This document shows positions 37,336 through 51,800 of a stretch of 64,000 nucleotides of DNA, piece by piece. Both the position numbers and the translations under genes were made by a program. The notes beneath the pieces were generated by a model, which was given only the letters and a program-made list of their open reading frames with translations, was not told the origin of the DNA and made no database searches. The stretch is from Raillietiella orientalis (Eukaryota). Where the stretch lies: assembly GCA_036172245.1 (NCBI GenBank), contig JAYWIR010000020.1:3100001-3164000 (forward strand). Reading direction: 5' to 3'. Each line of letters opens with the position of its first letter. Positions within the stretch are counted from its first letter, which is position 1.

Positions 37336-37836
37336 TCACGGTTTAAACTCAATCCTTTTCTTACACGATCCTGAAAAATCCAATGCATATCCTGGCTTGC
37401 AGAGCCGGTGGCGCATTTGAAATATGGAGGAGACACTGTTCTTGCGTGCACCACCCGGTGTGCCCGGATGCTTGTGGCCCATGAGGAGGGATGCATTCAG
37501 AAATATGTTCATGAACCGGTCGAGTACGTCATGTACCACGTCTTCTATGGTAGTGTAGGAAACCACTCCAGAACTGGCTCCTTCGGGCTTCACAAGGGAC
37601 AATCTCACTTTAGATAACTCTTGCAACTCGGAGACGCTTTTCGAACATAGGGAAGAATTCTGGATTGGTTTCAGGGACCTCACTTGCCGAAGCAGTGCAG
37701 AAATGTTTCGCATTTTCTCTTCCCAAGGCAAATCGCACGAGTCTTCTGCGTTGCCGTTGTCCTCGTACGTCTCGTTGTCTCTTAAGGAACACGAAAAATA
37801 TAAACAGGCAATGATGATGAATACAAGATCCAGCAT
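37336..37836 (-). CDS. Putative secreted protein, 166 aa, with C-terminal CxxGxxxDxxGxC motif (Fog-like / arthropod secreted peptide)
   Basis: Single uninterrupted ORF in AT-rich surroundings; hydrophobic N-terminus MLDLVFIIIACLYFSCS; N-glycosylation sequons (NET, NIS, NSS, NAS); ends SSIFQMRHRLCKPGYALDFSGSCKKRIEFKP. Confidence 0.6.
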   Translation of the reverse strand: MLDLVFIIIACLYFSCSLRDNETYEDNGNAEDSCDLPWEEKMRNISALLRQVRSLKPIQNSSLCSKSVSELQELSKVRLSLVKPEGASSGVVSYTTIEDVVHDVLDRFMNIFLNASLLMGHKHPGTPGGARKNSVSSIFQMRHRLCKPGYALDFSGSCKKRIEFKP

Positions 37837-40758
37837 TTCTCAAATAAGATTTCCGAAGCAGACGATTCTATCTCTAACTAGCACCGTACTGTTTGGGGTT
37901 ACCTTTTTATAGACGAAAGCAAAAATAATTCTAACGTGTATAAAGAAGGCGTCGACAAAATGCATTACAAACAAAATATCTCCATATGCATCTCCCTGCA
38001 AACATTTACTGAGACTTATCGGGGAGTTGAGCACATCGGGGTATCGCGATACAAAGTTCATCTTGCCCGAATTAACAGGAAAACACTTTCACAGGGAAAT
38101 GCTAACAGAAAAGTTATGTACAGTGTAAAGAATGCTTTGCTGCATGAGGTTTTCAATCTACCGACATGATATAGTTCATAATAGTGATTTTTTCAGAATG
38201 CATCACCGTAGCCAGCATCATTTAAAAATGAGGTTTTCCATAGATGTTTGATGCAGTGGAATGTACAAAAAAGGCGTAATTAAATCTCCATCTGTTCTGA
38301 ATTCACATATTTGCACAGAATCTTAACTTGTAGAGGAAGGACATTTTGGACAGCGATTCATAAATACTTTTATTTAACCTACATGAACGATAATGATTTG
38401 TAAGGTATTTTCCCTCAATTTTCATTACAGAATTATGTAGGCACTCGTAGCGGCAAATGCAAAAACTATTTATTTGTGGGATTTTTTTCGAAAAAAGAGT
38501 ATTATGTAATATCTATTACTTATGAAGGAATTTTAATAGGTTTATTTGCCTTCTAATGAGAGTAAAATTCAAACCTAATTGTTCGTTTCCAAAGAAAAAG
38601 TATCTATTTTCCAACGTTGTGATTGTAATTTTAATGTATGAATAGAATAATTTAACAATCATTATAATTTAGATGGTAAGATTTTACTTCAGCATTTTTC
38701 TACTATTTATTTTTCTCGACAATGTCGGCTGTGGCATTGAAATGTACTGACTGTCGTGAATGCCCATCAGATCTTTGTCCCCGTTGGAATCACTTTCCCA
38801 TGATACTTCCACTTTCGTATAGCAACCGTTATTTGAATGGATCCGGAAAGAAAGCCCGGTTTTTGTCAACTGTCCAAAAATTAGAGCCGTCCTTTCGTAT
38901 TTCTAATGGGGAATGAACACAAGTTTGCAATCTTTCTATCGTACTTATTTTCAGCACACGTCAGGATGTCAAATTGCCGACTGCATTTAGAATATGAGAA
39001 GCTCGAAACAAATATGTATAAACTGATAGAACTGTCTGCGTAAAAACTTGTGCTTCACGTGTGCAGAATACATAAGATGAGTGCTCACTTCCTGCTATTG
39101 GTCATCCTGGTTACTGACCGCGGTCCACAAACCGTGATAACCGGAAAAGACTTGTGTACAGTAACGTGTGTTTTTGTAGTTTACACAGTTGTAACCAAAG
39201 CACATAAAAATATAAGGGCCAATGAGGAAAGCATGAATGTATGACGACTAATGGGAAAAGGCGTATTTCTTTATAAAGTATAATTTCTGTAAATCCAGTT
39301 TTCATAAGAAAACAAAAATGCGAAAACATTCGTGGTTTTCCGAATGGAACTATTTGAATATACTCTGTTCTAAACCAATACGATTAGGAACGTTACGGAA
39401 GGTTGTCGTACAACTGTAACCTTGAAAGGAAAGAAAGTATTGTTTTCTTTAATATTTTCAACTTCACTTGGAGAACTATGCTTGATTGAGAAAAAGAGTT
39501 CTGCATGAATTCTGGTTCTGCATCCATTGTCTGCTATTGCCATACATTGATTTTGCATGTGAAAGGACAACAGAGGAAAACGTAAAATAAGTTTACAGTG
39601 AAATTTGTTTAAATCTTCCTATTCTGAAGTGAAATGTAAACGAAATTCTCTTAAATTTGTTTGGCATTTCACAAAGTACACTTGTGTGAGAGGATGAATT
39701 TGTTTATAGATATACATTGGTGAAGATCTTAATTCTTGCACAAACTCAATGGATTGAGATAAGCACAATAAAATAAATGAGGGAAAGAGCGCACACATAA
39801 AATGTAGTCATGGCCACTGGTTGGAAAGAGCTTTAATGACATACTATTTGAAAAGAGGTTTTCAACTTATGATCATGCGCTATGTGTCCTAAATTCTCCT
39901 ATCCCTGCAATTCACTTCATACCCTACCATACCGATAAGATTCTACTTCTCAAAGTACATAATTATTTCCAGGAATAAAAACATACATATTTACTTTAAA
40001 TATAATTACATTGAGTAATAAGAACAATTATCTTATAGTCGCCCTAACAGCATTGTTCATATAACAGTCCTTGAATCCACTGGGATGCTACAATGTGTGT
40101 TACCATTACATCATCTGCTCATGTATAAATTTCTCCATTTTGATTGTAATTCATCAAATAGTTATCAACAATTAATACCCATAATATGCAAGTCTTGGCT
40201 ACTATAAAAATCTATAATTATTTTCTCAGTGTGGAGCTATGCCTTTTTTTTTTAAAATCATATGTACATTTGAAGCTGATAAACTACATATATACATATA
40301 CTATATAACTACATATGAATATAAACGATTTAAATCTATGCCTGGTATTTTTTTATATAAAATGCGTTTCAAACTGAGCACCAACAGTTTCACTTTATGG
40401 CCTCATGAATGCATATAAATCATGCCACCCTTCAAGTGAACATCAAGAATGAGTGTACACTCTTTGTCATCATGAGTACCATTCATCATGCACTTACACA
40501 AAAAACCCAAAATAATACATCATAAATTCATTAACGATCTGCATAAGATTTATTTTAGATTCACATCACCCATATCTATACCACTTGTAATGTGGGAATA
40601 CGTAAATTTGCCAGGTATGCTATATATGAGTGGTGCATATTATAAGCATTTTGAAAGAGAAATTAGAAACCCATACATGTTTCATATTTCATACAAATAT
40701 CTTTTGCTTCAAGTAATTTCACCTATATAATATCAATACAAACAGTGTTCATTCATAT

Positions 40759-41583
40759 TTAATCCGTACTTGTAATTTCTACACAACATTCAGTGGATGG
40801 ATACTTTGGAAGATTCAACTCATACTGTTCTTCTAAACATGGGGGCACAAATCGCCCACCCAAATAATGAATACCTTTGAATTTCTTTGCACATAATTTA
40901 GGAGCTGTTAACGAAATTAACAAACTTGGCTGAATCCCATCACAATCACCATCTTCTACATTCCAGCCAGAAGGTATGTCAATAGAACATAAAGGGATTT
41001 TCGCCTTTTTCATAAGTTCAATGCAATCTACAAACTCACACCGAACAGGTGGTTTAAAGCTAAATCCAAACAAAGCATCCACTATAATATTATATTTTAC
41101 ATTTGTTTCTCCAACAGAAGGCAAGTGTTCTAAAAAACTTATGCCCATTGCCTCACACTGCACAACTAGTTTACTATACAAAGGATTCTCGGTTTTCTTT
41201 GGGTAAAATACATCTGGACTATACCCAAATAGTTTTAAATGACGCGCACAAACGAGGCCATCGCCACCATTATTACCTGGTCCAGCTAAAACTAGAACCT
41301 TTGTGACTGTGGCAGAAATAGAATAGCATTTAGCAATTGCAGTAGCACAACTTAAGCCAGCCAATTCCATCAATTGTGCTACATCAAACTGGTATTTATG
41401 AAATAATTCCTGGTCTATACAGATAGCTTCACCTTGCTTCAAATACTTCATAGTTTGCTTGTTGTTTACTGTACAGTAACGTTTAATGGAATAGAACTTC
41501 AAAATGCTAATACCTAAGTGCTTATAGTCCACATATAATCGTTTGACGGGTTGATAGCACTTAAAGATTTTATCTATCACCAT
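40759..41583 (-). CDS. NAXE: NAD(P)H-hydrate epimerase (YjeF_N / ApoA-I-binding protein), intronless, 274 aa
   Basis: [83 protein letters not shown]. The conserved domain starts at a second Met (41451). Confidence 0.95.
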   Translation of the reverse strand: MVIDKIFKCYQPVKRLYVDYKHLGISILKFYSIKRYCTVNNKQTMKYLKQGEAICIDQELFHKYQFDVAQLMELAGLSCATAIAKCYSISATVTKVLVLAGPGNNGGDGLVCARHLKLFGYSPDVFYPKKTENPLYSKLVVQCEAMGISFLEHLPSVGETNVKYNIIVDALFGFSFKPPVRCEFVDCIELMKKAKIPLCSIDIPSGWNVEDGDCDGIQPSLLISLTAPKLCAKKFKGIHYLGGRFVPPCLEEQYELNLPKYPSTECCVEITSTD

Positions 41584-43027
41584 TAAAGTAGCACTATTCT
41601 GGTTGAATCGACTTGCAGCTGAGCCTTTAGGGTTACCATGTTTCTATTTTCAGTTCTAGGCAACATATTTATATTTTTGGTTTGCGCATATTGAGATAAT
41701 CCTTATTTCAGATATCTTTAAATCAGCAAGGTTCTATTTAAAAAATTGAAATCATTTGCAAAGTGTCCATTTATTTGTATTCCCTCAGTTTGACACGACA
41801 GAAGTCCAATCATTTTGTTGATCTGATCTTTGCTGATTCTGGTAATTCCACTTTGTATTTTCGATCTGAAGGAAAGAACACAGTTTCAGTTATTCGAAAG
41901 CTAAGAGTTTTTTTTAACATTGACATTATAACGCAGTAGGTATTAACAATCCCATTTTTTGGTCCCCCAAATTTTCACAATTGGGACGTTTCCTTTCAAT
42001 ATCAAAATTTTAAGCATCCTTAAACCAATTAATAATAATTTCAAAGTCATTGATTTTAAAGTATGTTTCATTTTAAAATAAACTTTAATGTCATTTTTCA
42101 TAGTTTTTTCATCTTTACATCTCAAATGGATGTTATGACTTGCAAATTAATAATTACTAGGGAATGATTACTTTTTACTTTCTGAATTTTGAATAATTCA
42201 CTGTTGAACACAGTTTGTTTTTCGTTGTTTTTTGTATTCTCTTAGCAGTTGCCAGTTTTCTAATGCTGGATCCTCTTTTTTGGGATTCCATATTTTCGGG
42301 TAGCATCAGTGGACGCTGATCCCAATTCATCTTAAGGAAATTAAGCAATATTAATGAGTGTTGCCTAAGCGAGAAACAACCTGTCGTTTTCGACACCACA
42401 TTGTATTATCTACACTGAAAGCATTTGTTATTTTCGGTAACGGTTTATAAATCGCATGTGTAAAACGAGCTGGAGTCGATTAATTCTGTAAACACATGTG
42501 TAGAAAGCATTCCGAACTGATTCCATTTCGATCGCTTCTATGGTATACTTTACTTCACTTTTTCTCAGCAAATAGAACGCATGATTTTGGATTGATGCTT
42601 CGGTACTTTCCAATAGAAACTAGAACGAGCAGCTTGAACGTATTTTCTACTCATCCAAATTTGTGCTTCGATCTAATTGACAGTGTGGATGGAGCACCAG
42701 CTTACGAGGTACAGAAGACTCAGACTGCGGTGGCACGTTCGTTTCCACAACAGCTTTAAAGATTAGATACTAATGACTCCAAAGATACATAACCGGAGAT
42801 TCGTGAAACGGTTGAGCTATTGAAGACAAGGAGGTCGTTCTTCAGAATAGGAGAGCCCAACAATTCAGATCTTCTGTTTCAAAAAGGTACAGCGACCAAG
42901 GATCACCTGCCAATCTTTGCAGTTTCTTAGAGTGCATTCTAAACGAAGCAGCAAAGAACTACTCGCTGCAACTGTCGAAGCAGTAAAGTGAAAAATCAAG
43001 TAAACTTGCTTATAATTTCCAAAAAAT

Positions 43028-43106
43028 CAACATTAAGTAAAAATTATTTACTTAATGTTGTAATACAAAGTTTTTCCAACTTTGTATTACAACATTAAGT
43101 AAATAA
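43028..43106. repeat. Perfect 29-bp inverted repeat with an overlapping 14-bp inverted repeat
   Basis: ttatttacttaatgttgtaatacaaagtt (43044-43072), loop tttcc, exact reverse complement (43078-43106). Also caacattaagtaaa (43028-43041) pairs with 43047-43060. Confidence 0.95.
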
Positions 43107-45872
43107 GAAATTACACATGAAAAAGATTCGCATGCTTTCTGTGTGCAATGTAACCATCATCATCATCATCACCACCATTATTATTATTCCTTTTTGTTTA
43201 TCAGTTCTTTTTGCATTTCCCAAGAATATCTGGTTTATATTTTCATCTTAATACAACTGACAACGAGAATCCGTTCTTTACGTTCCCACGATGTACGGTA
43301 CTCACAGAGAACCTCATGGCTTCATGGTCGAGGAGCTTTTCCAATAAAAAAAAGCATCTGTTAATTTGTGAAAATGGGTGTAATGGGTAAAGACGGAAAG
43401 AATTATATATTTCATGACATGGTAAAATACAACTGATCTAAAAAGCCATTCGTGCCATCATAGGTGAATCAGGATTTGGAAGACTTCCCAAGCATTCTGC
43501 AGTCTCAATTGCAGTCGTTCTGAAATTTCGACCTCTTTCGGTGCAAGGATCTTTTCGATCCCCCAAAGCAACTGAATGAACCTCAATCTAATGAAAAAAA
43601 AAAAATGAAGAATGAGGACTTGATCTAACGAAGAAGAATGCAAAGGTTGAAAGAATACCAACTTTTGCTCCCTCCCCCCTTTTTTAATTGTTTGCTAAAA
43701 CTATAAAAAATTCTTCACTAACCCAATGCATCTTCAAACCTTCACCGGGGGAACCGATAATTTCTAACCAGTTAGACAGCAATTTCTTAAGATACAATTT
43801 CATCTGGACAGTCAATGGATGAGATTTTTGTGCAAAGATGCCTTTGAATTTCACAATAACGTTTTAGCGTTTGGCCTCATTTCATTATATAAGATCATCT
43901 GCACCCTTCGGATTTTTACTGCTATCTGGAGAACAGAAAGCATCGTGTCTGGAGAGAGGATATACACTGAAGAATTACACTCCACAGGGGGGCGTGTAAT
44001 TCTTCAGGATAGGGGCACCCCGGAAGGGGGATCCGCCCTATGAATCCAGGAAGTCGGAGTCCGTTCCTCTCACGCTTGGGGAGGGATCCTCCCGGACGGG
44101 GGGATCGCACCTCCCACCCTGGTTGTCTCCGAAGGGGAACATGGTGCCTCTCTGATCATCGAGTCAGAACTGCATTTTGTTACGGTCATTATTTCAGGTT
44201 GAAGAAATGACATGGACACGCAATGACCGCTTTCTCACGGATCAAAAGTTCGTTCCAAAGGACATTTCGATCCTTCAGATCCCAAGCAATAAGAAACCCT
44301 AGCCAAGATACTTTTCCAGATATACCGCCGTTCTGCAGTTCTTTGTGCACACCGAGACAGCTCAATAGTAGATTTGGTGGTTCTTGAAGACATTTTAGAC
44401 AGTACATCTCATGTAGTTTTCCCACGTTTTCATTCATGAATTCACCCTCCTCTCGAAGCTTAGCCGTCGGTGGATCTGGATGTTTCCTCAGAGTACCTCG
44501 GACGCTTTCATGGAAAAATACTGACAGCAATCAATTTCTTCGGTGAAACCTTTTCAGTTCCACTTCTTATATCGCCGCAAAGTTCTCTCTTTTTGCATAA
44601 GATCATTGCTTTCTCGTGATTCATTTTTGAATCATCAACCAGACAATAACACTTGTGTAGGTGCACACATGTGCGTTCCACAAAGACTTGGCCTACTTTT
44701 TATATCTATGGATTAGTCTTCTCGAATCGGAAATATTTCAGTGATCTTTTCATGACTTTGTGACCTAACACTAGAAAAAGCCATATGGAAGGTGTATACA
44801 GGCAATTTAACACTTCAATTCCTGGGAATCCCAGACAAGCATCCAGTGCTCCTGAAAGACCTGAAAATAAAAGTAAGAAAAATGCTCTGGAAAAAAAAAT
44901 GAAAATCCTTTAGGTAGAAACTCAAGTGGCATGTAGGTGCTGCCGTCGCGTCATAAAAATTTCCGAGAACTTTCAAGAAAATAAACTTACTTTCTATTCG
45001 CATTTAAAGCAATTAGAAATCGGTTAGTAATTATAACTGTAGTGAGGAATATGGAAAAAGCGTCGTACTCATTTTTTTTATATCGATTCTGCATCTAACC
45101 GTAACGATCAGCGAATGTGTTTGCTATAGGGATGCATTAACTGACATGTACGGTATAGGGATGCACTAAGAACCACGTGGTTCCAGGGGAGAAATTATGA
45201 AATCGAATTCTTTTTTTTTTCCCCCATTTCAAAGTTGTTCCCCACCCGACTGATTTTTTTCAGTACCTTTTGATCTCTGAAGTGAATTTCCATCAGGTTA
45301 TTTAGTAGCCGGGAATCAACAAATCATTAAATCAGAACCGAAACTTTCAATGATTTCAATGATTCGACATGTGCAGTAATTAGCCATAGTGAAAAGCGAG
45401 TGTTCGAAGGCTTTATCCTCTCATTCTGTCGAAGATTTTCAAAAGCATCACCATGCCCACCATGTTTTCCAGAAATTAGATCTTAGATACCCGCGAGCAT
45501 TCAAACTGAACTAATGGTGTTTTTTGTGAACCATTTGACAACTTTCGTTGGTACGAAATGCATTCTGCATTTCGAGAGAAAAAGGAGCAATAAGGTGTTT
45601 TGATCAAATGGTACTTTGAAGGAGTGGCACATGATTTTTTTTTTTTTTTTTTTTGCGGGAATCCCAAGTCTTTCACCGGATAAGATTACGACAGCGATTC
45701 AACCAAAAAGGAGTCAAAAGATAAATGTAAATTCACTGCAGCCTTGCTGTATTGGATTTACGAATGCTTTACATAACGTGTAGATTTCTGTATTACCGAG
45801 CCGAATTCACCAAGCTGTTCAAAATATGGATCGTCTTGATGTATGCAATATATCGGACTCTTGTGCTTCCAG

Positions 45873-48800
45873 ATACCTCCAGTAATTACCCTCAGCAAGG
45901 AAAAGCATTTCTGACAAAGAAGAAGCTGATTATCATTGTCATCGTAATAGTTTTGATAGCATTTGCTGTATTCATGATATGCGTCTTAAGAGAAGTGAAA
46001 GGTAAACTTTGGATACATTTTCATTCAACTTCCCTTCCTGGGAAAGAGACGAGGGTGCTTACCGTCATCCACCTCTATCTGGAATAGCTGCATGAGAACC
46101 GGTTATTCTTTCTAATTCCCAGCTTGTGGAAACTTTGAACCGTGAGGATGAAAGTGTTGGCACAGCACGCGTTCCCTTAGCTTACAAGAAACTCTTCATT
46201 CTATGCGGTTTCATTTGAAATCTAAGGGAAGAAGAAAGAAATTGGTGGGGGTTCTGGGAACAATTTTTTAAATGCCTACGGTTGCTTTTAAAAAGTCCTT
46301 CTGGACTCATCTTCATTCAGGAGGGCGGCGTAAAAGGTGGGATCGGCTTGGAATTCCTAGGGAGGGGAGGAGGGGAAGAAAAAAAAAGAAAACTCGATTT
46401 ACATGGACTCATGAAAAATGGATAAACTTATGTCTAAGCATGTACGAGCAAGCACATGTGCGTATGCAATATGCATACACACACGTGTGTGTATGTGTGA
46501 GTATATTTAAAGTTGCAGAGTTTGCAAAGGTGCAAACAGAAAGGAATGCATTCGCATGTATTGAGACTGGAGATTATTTTAAAGGCGGTTTGACAGATTT
46601 TTCAGTTTCCTTTCAGACCAAAAACCAGAACTTTTGAACTGAAAACGTCAAGGGATGTAAGTACGGCTACAGATGATTTGTTCTTTGTGCCTTACGGTGC
46701 AGTTTGCATGTTTCATGGAATGTGCTTGTTTGCAAACAGCCACGTTTGGTTGCTTCTTTTCTTGGACGTAGGCTTCCGGTTGTCACACGGAGCCCCAATC
46801 TTGGTCGGTACGCGTCGCTGGAATTACGTGACGTGGAGGATTTTTCCAAATGGGATCTTACTCATATAGTTTTCCCATCTTGGTATGCGACTGCCCCTTC
46901 TATTTGGAGAAAATTTTCAAGATTGCGATTTGGACCAGATGCAATCTAGACAAAGCCAGCCTCCTCTTAGTCACATTGAAAATTTTCTAAACCAATGCCT
47001 GGTCTGTCACGGTTGCATAAGAGGAATGCCCTTTCTTTGTTTTTTTGACTATGTGAATAACTACTTTTGCTGGTGCAAAACGCATTCTGCATCAGAAAAA
47101 ACAAAAAACAAACGAACAAAATATCTGATCAGATTCTGATCAGATTGTACTTTGAAGAAATGTAAGCACATTTCTGGACACTACTTTCTGAATATTCTGT
47201 CTTCTCATGGCTGGTTTCGATGTCCACTTTTAACAAGAACGAATCCTTGGTAAGCTTCCAAACCTCCGGGTTCAGATGGATTTCTTCCTCAAGGAGTACT
47301 CAGGGATGCATTTTCCTCTTGATTTTCTCAGAACTCATCGTTTTCTTATTCAAAAGTGACCTGCATCATTGGAATCAGCGAGCCTAAGAACGGGATGAAT
47401 CCTTTGTGTTTGAGTAAAACCACGACTGGCGCAGGTATAAGCTCGTGCTGCTCGGCCATCAGGTGGCATCTGCTATCATCTCTGGATCTCATGGAAACAG
47501 CTGCTGCTTCCATGTTCCGTTTCCCCACTGGATGCTCCGCGCTAAGCAGGTCTTTCGCGGAACTTTCCAAATGGGGCGAAACTGCTTCCTCGCTGTCTGC
47601 TACGCGCTTCTTGGGGATTCTCCGGAAACGTGTCCACCTCATTTTGCACTGAACCACGGGAATTTCCATTTTTTGCAATTCTGCCATGGGAACACTGCAC
47701 TGAAATTCCCGAGCCCCACTTGACTCTTGAGATTTCAATTGCGGCACGAGGGGGTGGTGCCGTTTCAGCTGCGGGATCCTAACGTGCAATCCTCAAGTTG
47801 CCACGCAGTCCTGAGAGCAGAAGCTCATCCTGTTCGATCGACGTTGCCGAATTTAGGTTCTGTGTCATTCTTTTCCAGCCCTTTGCCTTCTCATTTTGTC
47901 AGGGGCTTCATAAACCCGAGTTCGTGATGCTCAACTAATTGTAGCTGCAGAACGCTATCCAGTACTTCGGTCTGAACTTTGCAATTCATACGCAAATTTG
48001 ACCTCTTCAATGGACATAAAGTGTTGATTGTGTTTTCATTTTAACTGCATTTTCAGGAAGCCACGAAGTGCGGTGGTTTCCTGCATGACGTGACTGGCTG
48101 GTTGTGTGTGTTTGCTTTACTGTGTTGCGACCCAGCCACCAATGATACCTATTTTTCCCCTAGAATGTGAAACCGTACATCCAAATGCCACAACGACGAT
48201 TCCTCCACCGACGACCACAAAGCGAATAGGGAGCAACGGTAAAGAGTACCCATGGGATGACATCAGTCTTCCTGATTCAGTCGTACCATCTCGCTACCAT
48301 GCGCGGATATATCCCGATCTCGAGAAAGAAAACTTCCAAGGTAGGTAGGTGGCTGGAGATCCCAGAGGGTCACAGTGCCATGGGAATTTGGGAACTTCAT
48401 CTTGTGCTTGTTGTTCTGATCTGAATTTTTACTCATCCACGTGACTGCGAAGCTGCAAAGTTTAAGCAAACCGAAAAAAGCAACCGGAAAAACACACACA
48501 CAGCAACCGTAGCAGAATGGAAGACTCTCTACCCAGTCCACGCCGCTTTCCGTTTCTCATACAGGACTCTGCCGGTTCTCCTTTAGCTTCATTTACACGA
48601 TCGGCGAGTTGTCTTTCACTGGTCCATCTCAAAACGGGGAACTGTCGAACGTATGCGGAAGCAACGGCCGCGTTGCTTTCGGAGAGACGGGTCACGGAAT
48701 CACACGTCACTTTCTGCCGCTGCGGATTCCTCCAAGAAATCCGGCTGAAGGGATGGCGTTGGCGCAGCATTGGAAAGAGCAGTACACTTCACGATTGTAG

Positions 48801-51800
48801 AAAACTGGCATCGCATATTTCCTACAAGGCGGGTAACCGAGCCGTGTCCCTGAAACAGTCTGTGGTGGGGTGGGGTGCTCAAGGCAACAGAGTTTATGAA
48901 GCAGTTGCAGTGATCCAGTCCCGAATGATGTTGAAGAACACTCCACTTGATCGGAGACCGGTACGAATGTATCCGAAAATGCGTAAGGGTGGCTGATTCG
49001 GTTGTGAAAACTTGCTCTCCTCCAGCACACTAGTGGGGGGGGGGGGAGGGGGGGGGGAAAGAAAACCGAACAGACGAATCACAAACATAGTTAAACAGGG
49101 CCGTCTCGAAGCAGGCCAGTAGTCTGCTGCTGATTTGTCTCAAGACGAGTAGCGCGACCATGCTTTCCTCGAGTGAACATCGCAAAAATCATCTTCCGAA
49201 TGGAAGCATGCTTTCCGTGTCGAAGCAACTTTTGATTCCTGTAAAACTTGCGACAGCTGCTGGATCTAGAAATGGAAGCTGCGAACCGAGGGATTGGGAC
49301 GCTGCTCAAGCGAAGTTTCACTGCCATGATCGCTCTGCGTTCTCTCCAGTGATTTGTTGCCAAGCAACAGGTGCATTTGGAAACTGGAGTCCTAGAGAGG
49401 GAAGCAGGCCGGTCCCTATTTCTCAGAACTCACTTGAGACATCGCTCAAAACTGCATGGGGGCACTCACACTTCCATCCCGTCTTCCAATCTCACAGCAC
49501 CTGAAGGCAAGATTTGAGTGGAGTCTCTTCGATTTCATGGGGGACAGGCAGTTCGCATGTAACCAGCTGGAATTGATTTGTGCTTACCGGAGTCGGCGGC
49601 CACCCGCGGTTCGGAAGACCACAATTTCGGTGCTACCGATACCATCAGTAAGCAACTGATAAGACCCAATGGGCGATTGGCGCATTCGGATCGGGTAGTC
49701 ATGAGGTTCAGTTTCCTGGTGTATTCGTCACTGAAACGGAACACAGCATCACCGATGCGTTCTCATAGCGATACGAGGACGCGATCATGGGATGGAAGAT
49801 GTTCGTCCCCGTTGCCGAAAAAAATTCCCCGCAGCATTCGTCCGTTCCTCAAAACATTCCATAGACTCGAAGTTACTTCACTTCTTCTCTAGCCTTTTCG
49901 TCTGTCACATCACGAGCACGCTGTTTCATTTCAGCAGATCTCTTGAGGTCTCGTGAAGCGTCAGAATGAGACATCATAAACCTAAGAATTTTGAAATGCT
50001 GTGAAGTTTCGCTGGGAGGGAGGGGGGGTTGGATGTCTGAAATTCCGGTATTGTTTCTTCGGAAGCATCTCGTAGATCATTCTCGGAAAGACAACGGCTT
50101 TTTAGTTTTCAAAAAACAAGGAAGCAGATGAATCGAGAGAGAGAGAGAGAGAAAGGGAAAATCTTTTTCGTGATTTTCATTCTGGATGAAAGACTTTCCG
50201 ATGGCCTGCGAAAAGAAGGAAAATTTACGACTCCACCATCAGCGATACAGCGAAACAAACGATGTCCGGGGATGACCGTTGTTGGTTGCACACCATCCTG
50301 CGAGGTTCGGCGCACAAGAGCCATCTGAACACATCGGAATGCCAATTTGGCGCAACTCGACGATGACCCTTCCCTAACCCCAAAGGGAATCCCAGAAGAT
50401 TTACCAGGAGGACCGGCTGACTATCGATCATAACATATTTCCACGTCGTTGGAGATACCCGCAAATTGGCGCAGTTATCTGATGGATTCCTTCTCGCGCA
50501 GGATATTAAGAGTGCACAACTCAATTGGGAAAGGCGGTTACGCCCAACGATCAGATATGTACCGCAAAGGTACGTTGTGCATAAAATGATTTGCACTGAC
50601 GCCTCTTGGTAAGTGCCTCGTATTCCTGCAGAAGAAATGCTGCTCTGCCTTAAGAAGTGAAAAGGCGTGACGGGCGGGAAGTGTTTCATCGAGGAAATTC
50701 CCCCTTCTGCAACTCCCCCGCAACGGGCGCCCGTGCTGAGGAGCATGCGAGTCTACAGCTTCAGTTTCTAGGCGAAGCGAGCCTCTCGACGCGGAGTGCC
50801 GGTCCTTGGCACGGGGTCGGCAGGATTTTGGTCAACTATTAGGATGCCATCCGAATTGCCCAGCCGGTGGCAGGAAGGGAAGCGAGCGGGGCTGCGTGCG
50901 CGCGCTCCAAACGCCGAGTTTTGTGTATGTGTGTGTGTGCATGTGTTTTGTGCTTCGATGTGATGGAAGACCTTGGCCCCACCTGTGGATCGGATCGCGC
51001 ACACTCAAACCTGTTGGAACATCCAGGTTATTCTGAGGGTTTGCCCAGAAAATTCGGCAGAAACCCATAAACAACTTCAGCCTCTCACTTCAGGGCCCGT
51101 ATCCAAAGAAACACGCTGCGGCAAAGGAAAATGGCTGCAGCAGGTGTCAAGGGTTACCGAATTCCGATTGTAATTATCATTATTTTTGTCTTGTTAAATA
51201 AAGAATACGATGGAAAGAGCATCAACCTGGGCTTCCGCAGATATCAGCCGAACTCTTTGCCTCCTCAGAAACTCTTCCTTGTAGATGCGTTTTTGCATCG
51301 GTTTCCTACTCCTCCTCAACCACTGAGTCGGGAAAGAGGCTGTTTCGGATCTTCCCCGATCTTGAAGACGGAAATGAGTCCACGCCTTCGCTTTGTTCTG
51401 CTCGCTATGCGTCTTTCATTGCTGCTTCTTTTGACCGTTGTACGAGCCTGTCTTCCTGCCTCTGTTTCGGGGTTCCAGAGGACGTCTTTTTTCATCCCGA
51501 GTGCTTGGGGCACTAATTTTCCGAACTTCATCACGATGTGTAGTGACTGCACACCAAACCTTTTTTTTTTTTTCAGGGAAGATTGAAATTCTTCTGCAGT
51601 GTGTCAAAAGCACCAGTTTCTTAGTGCTGCACATCCGGAATCTGACCGTCGTGAACCCGGTCATCATCAGCCAAAACAAACTTCCCATCCTCATAAGAGA
51701 AACATTCACATATGCTGCGTGGGATCAACTCTACATCGATCTTCAGAACTTCTTGAAGAAGGGTACCAAATATTACTTGACGTTCGATTTCAGGGGCACG

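Noticed and set aside
43819..44530. RT-like GTPEGG motif and ORF 44189-44530 as genes or first exons of the aminopeptidase
   Set aside because: No convincing splice phase or homology; likely TE debris.
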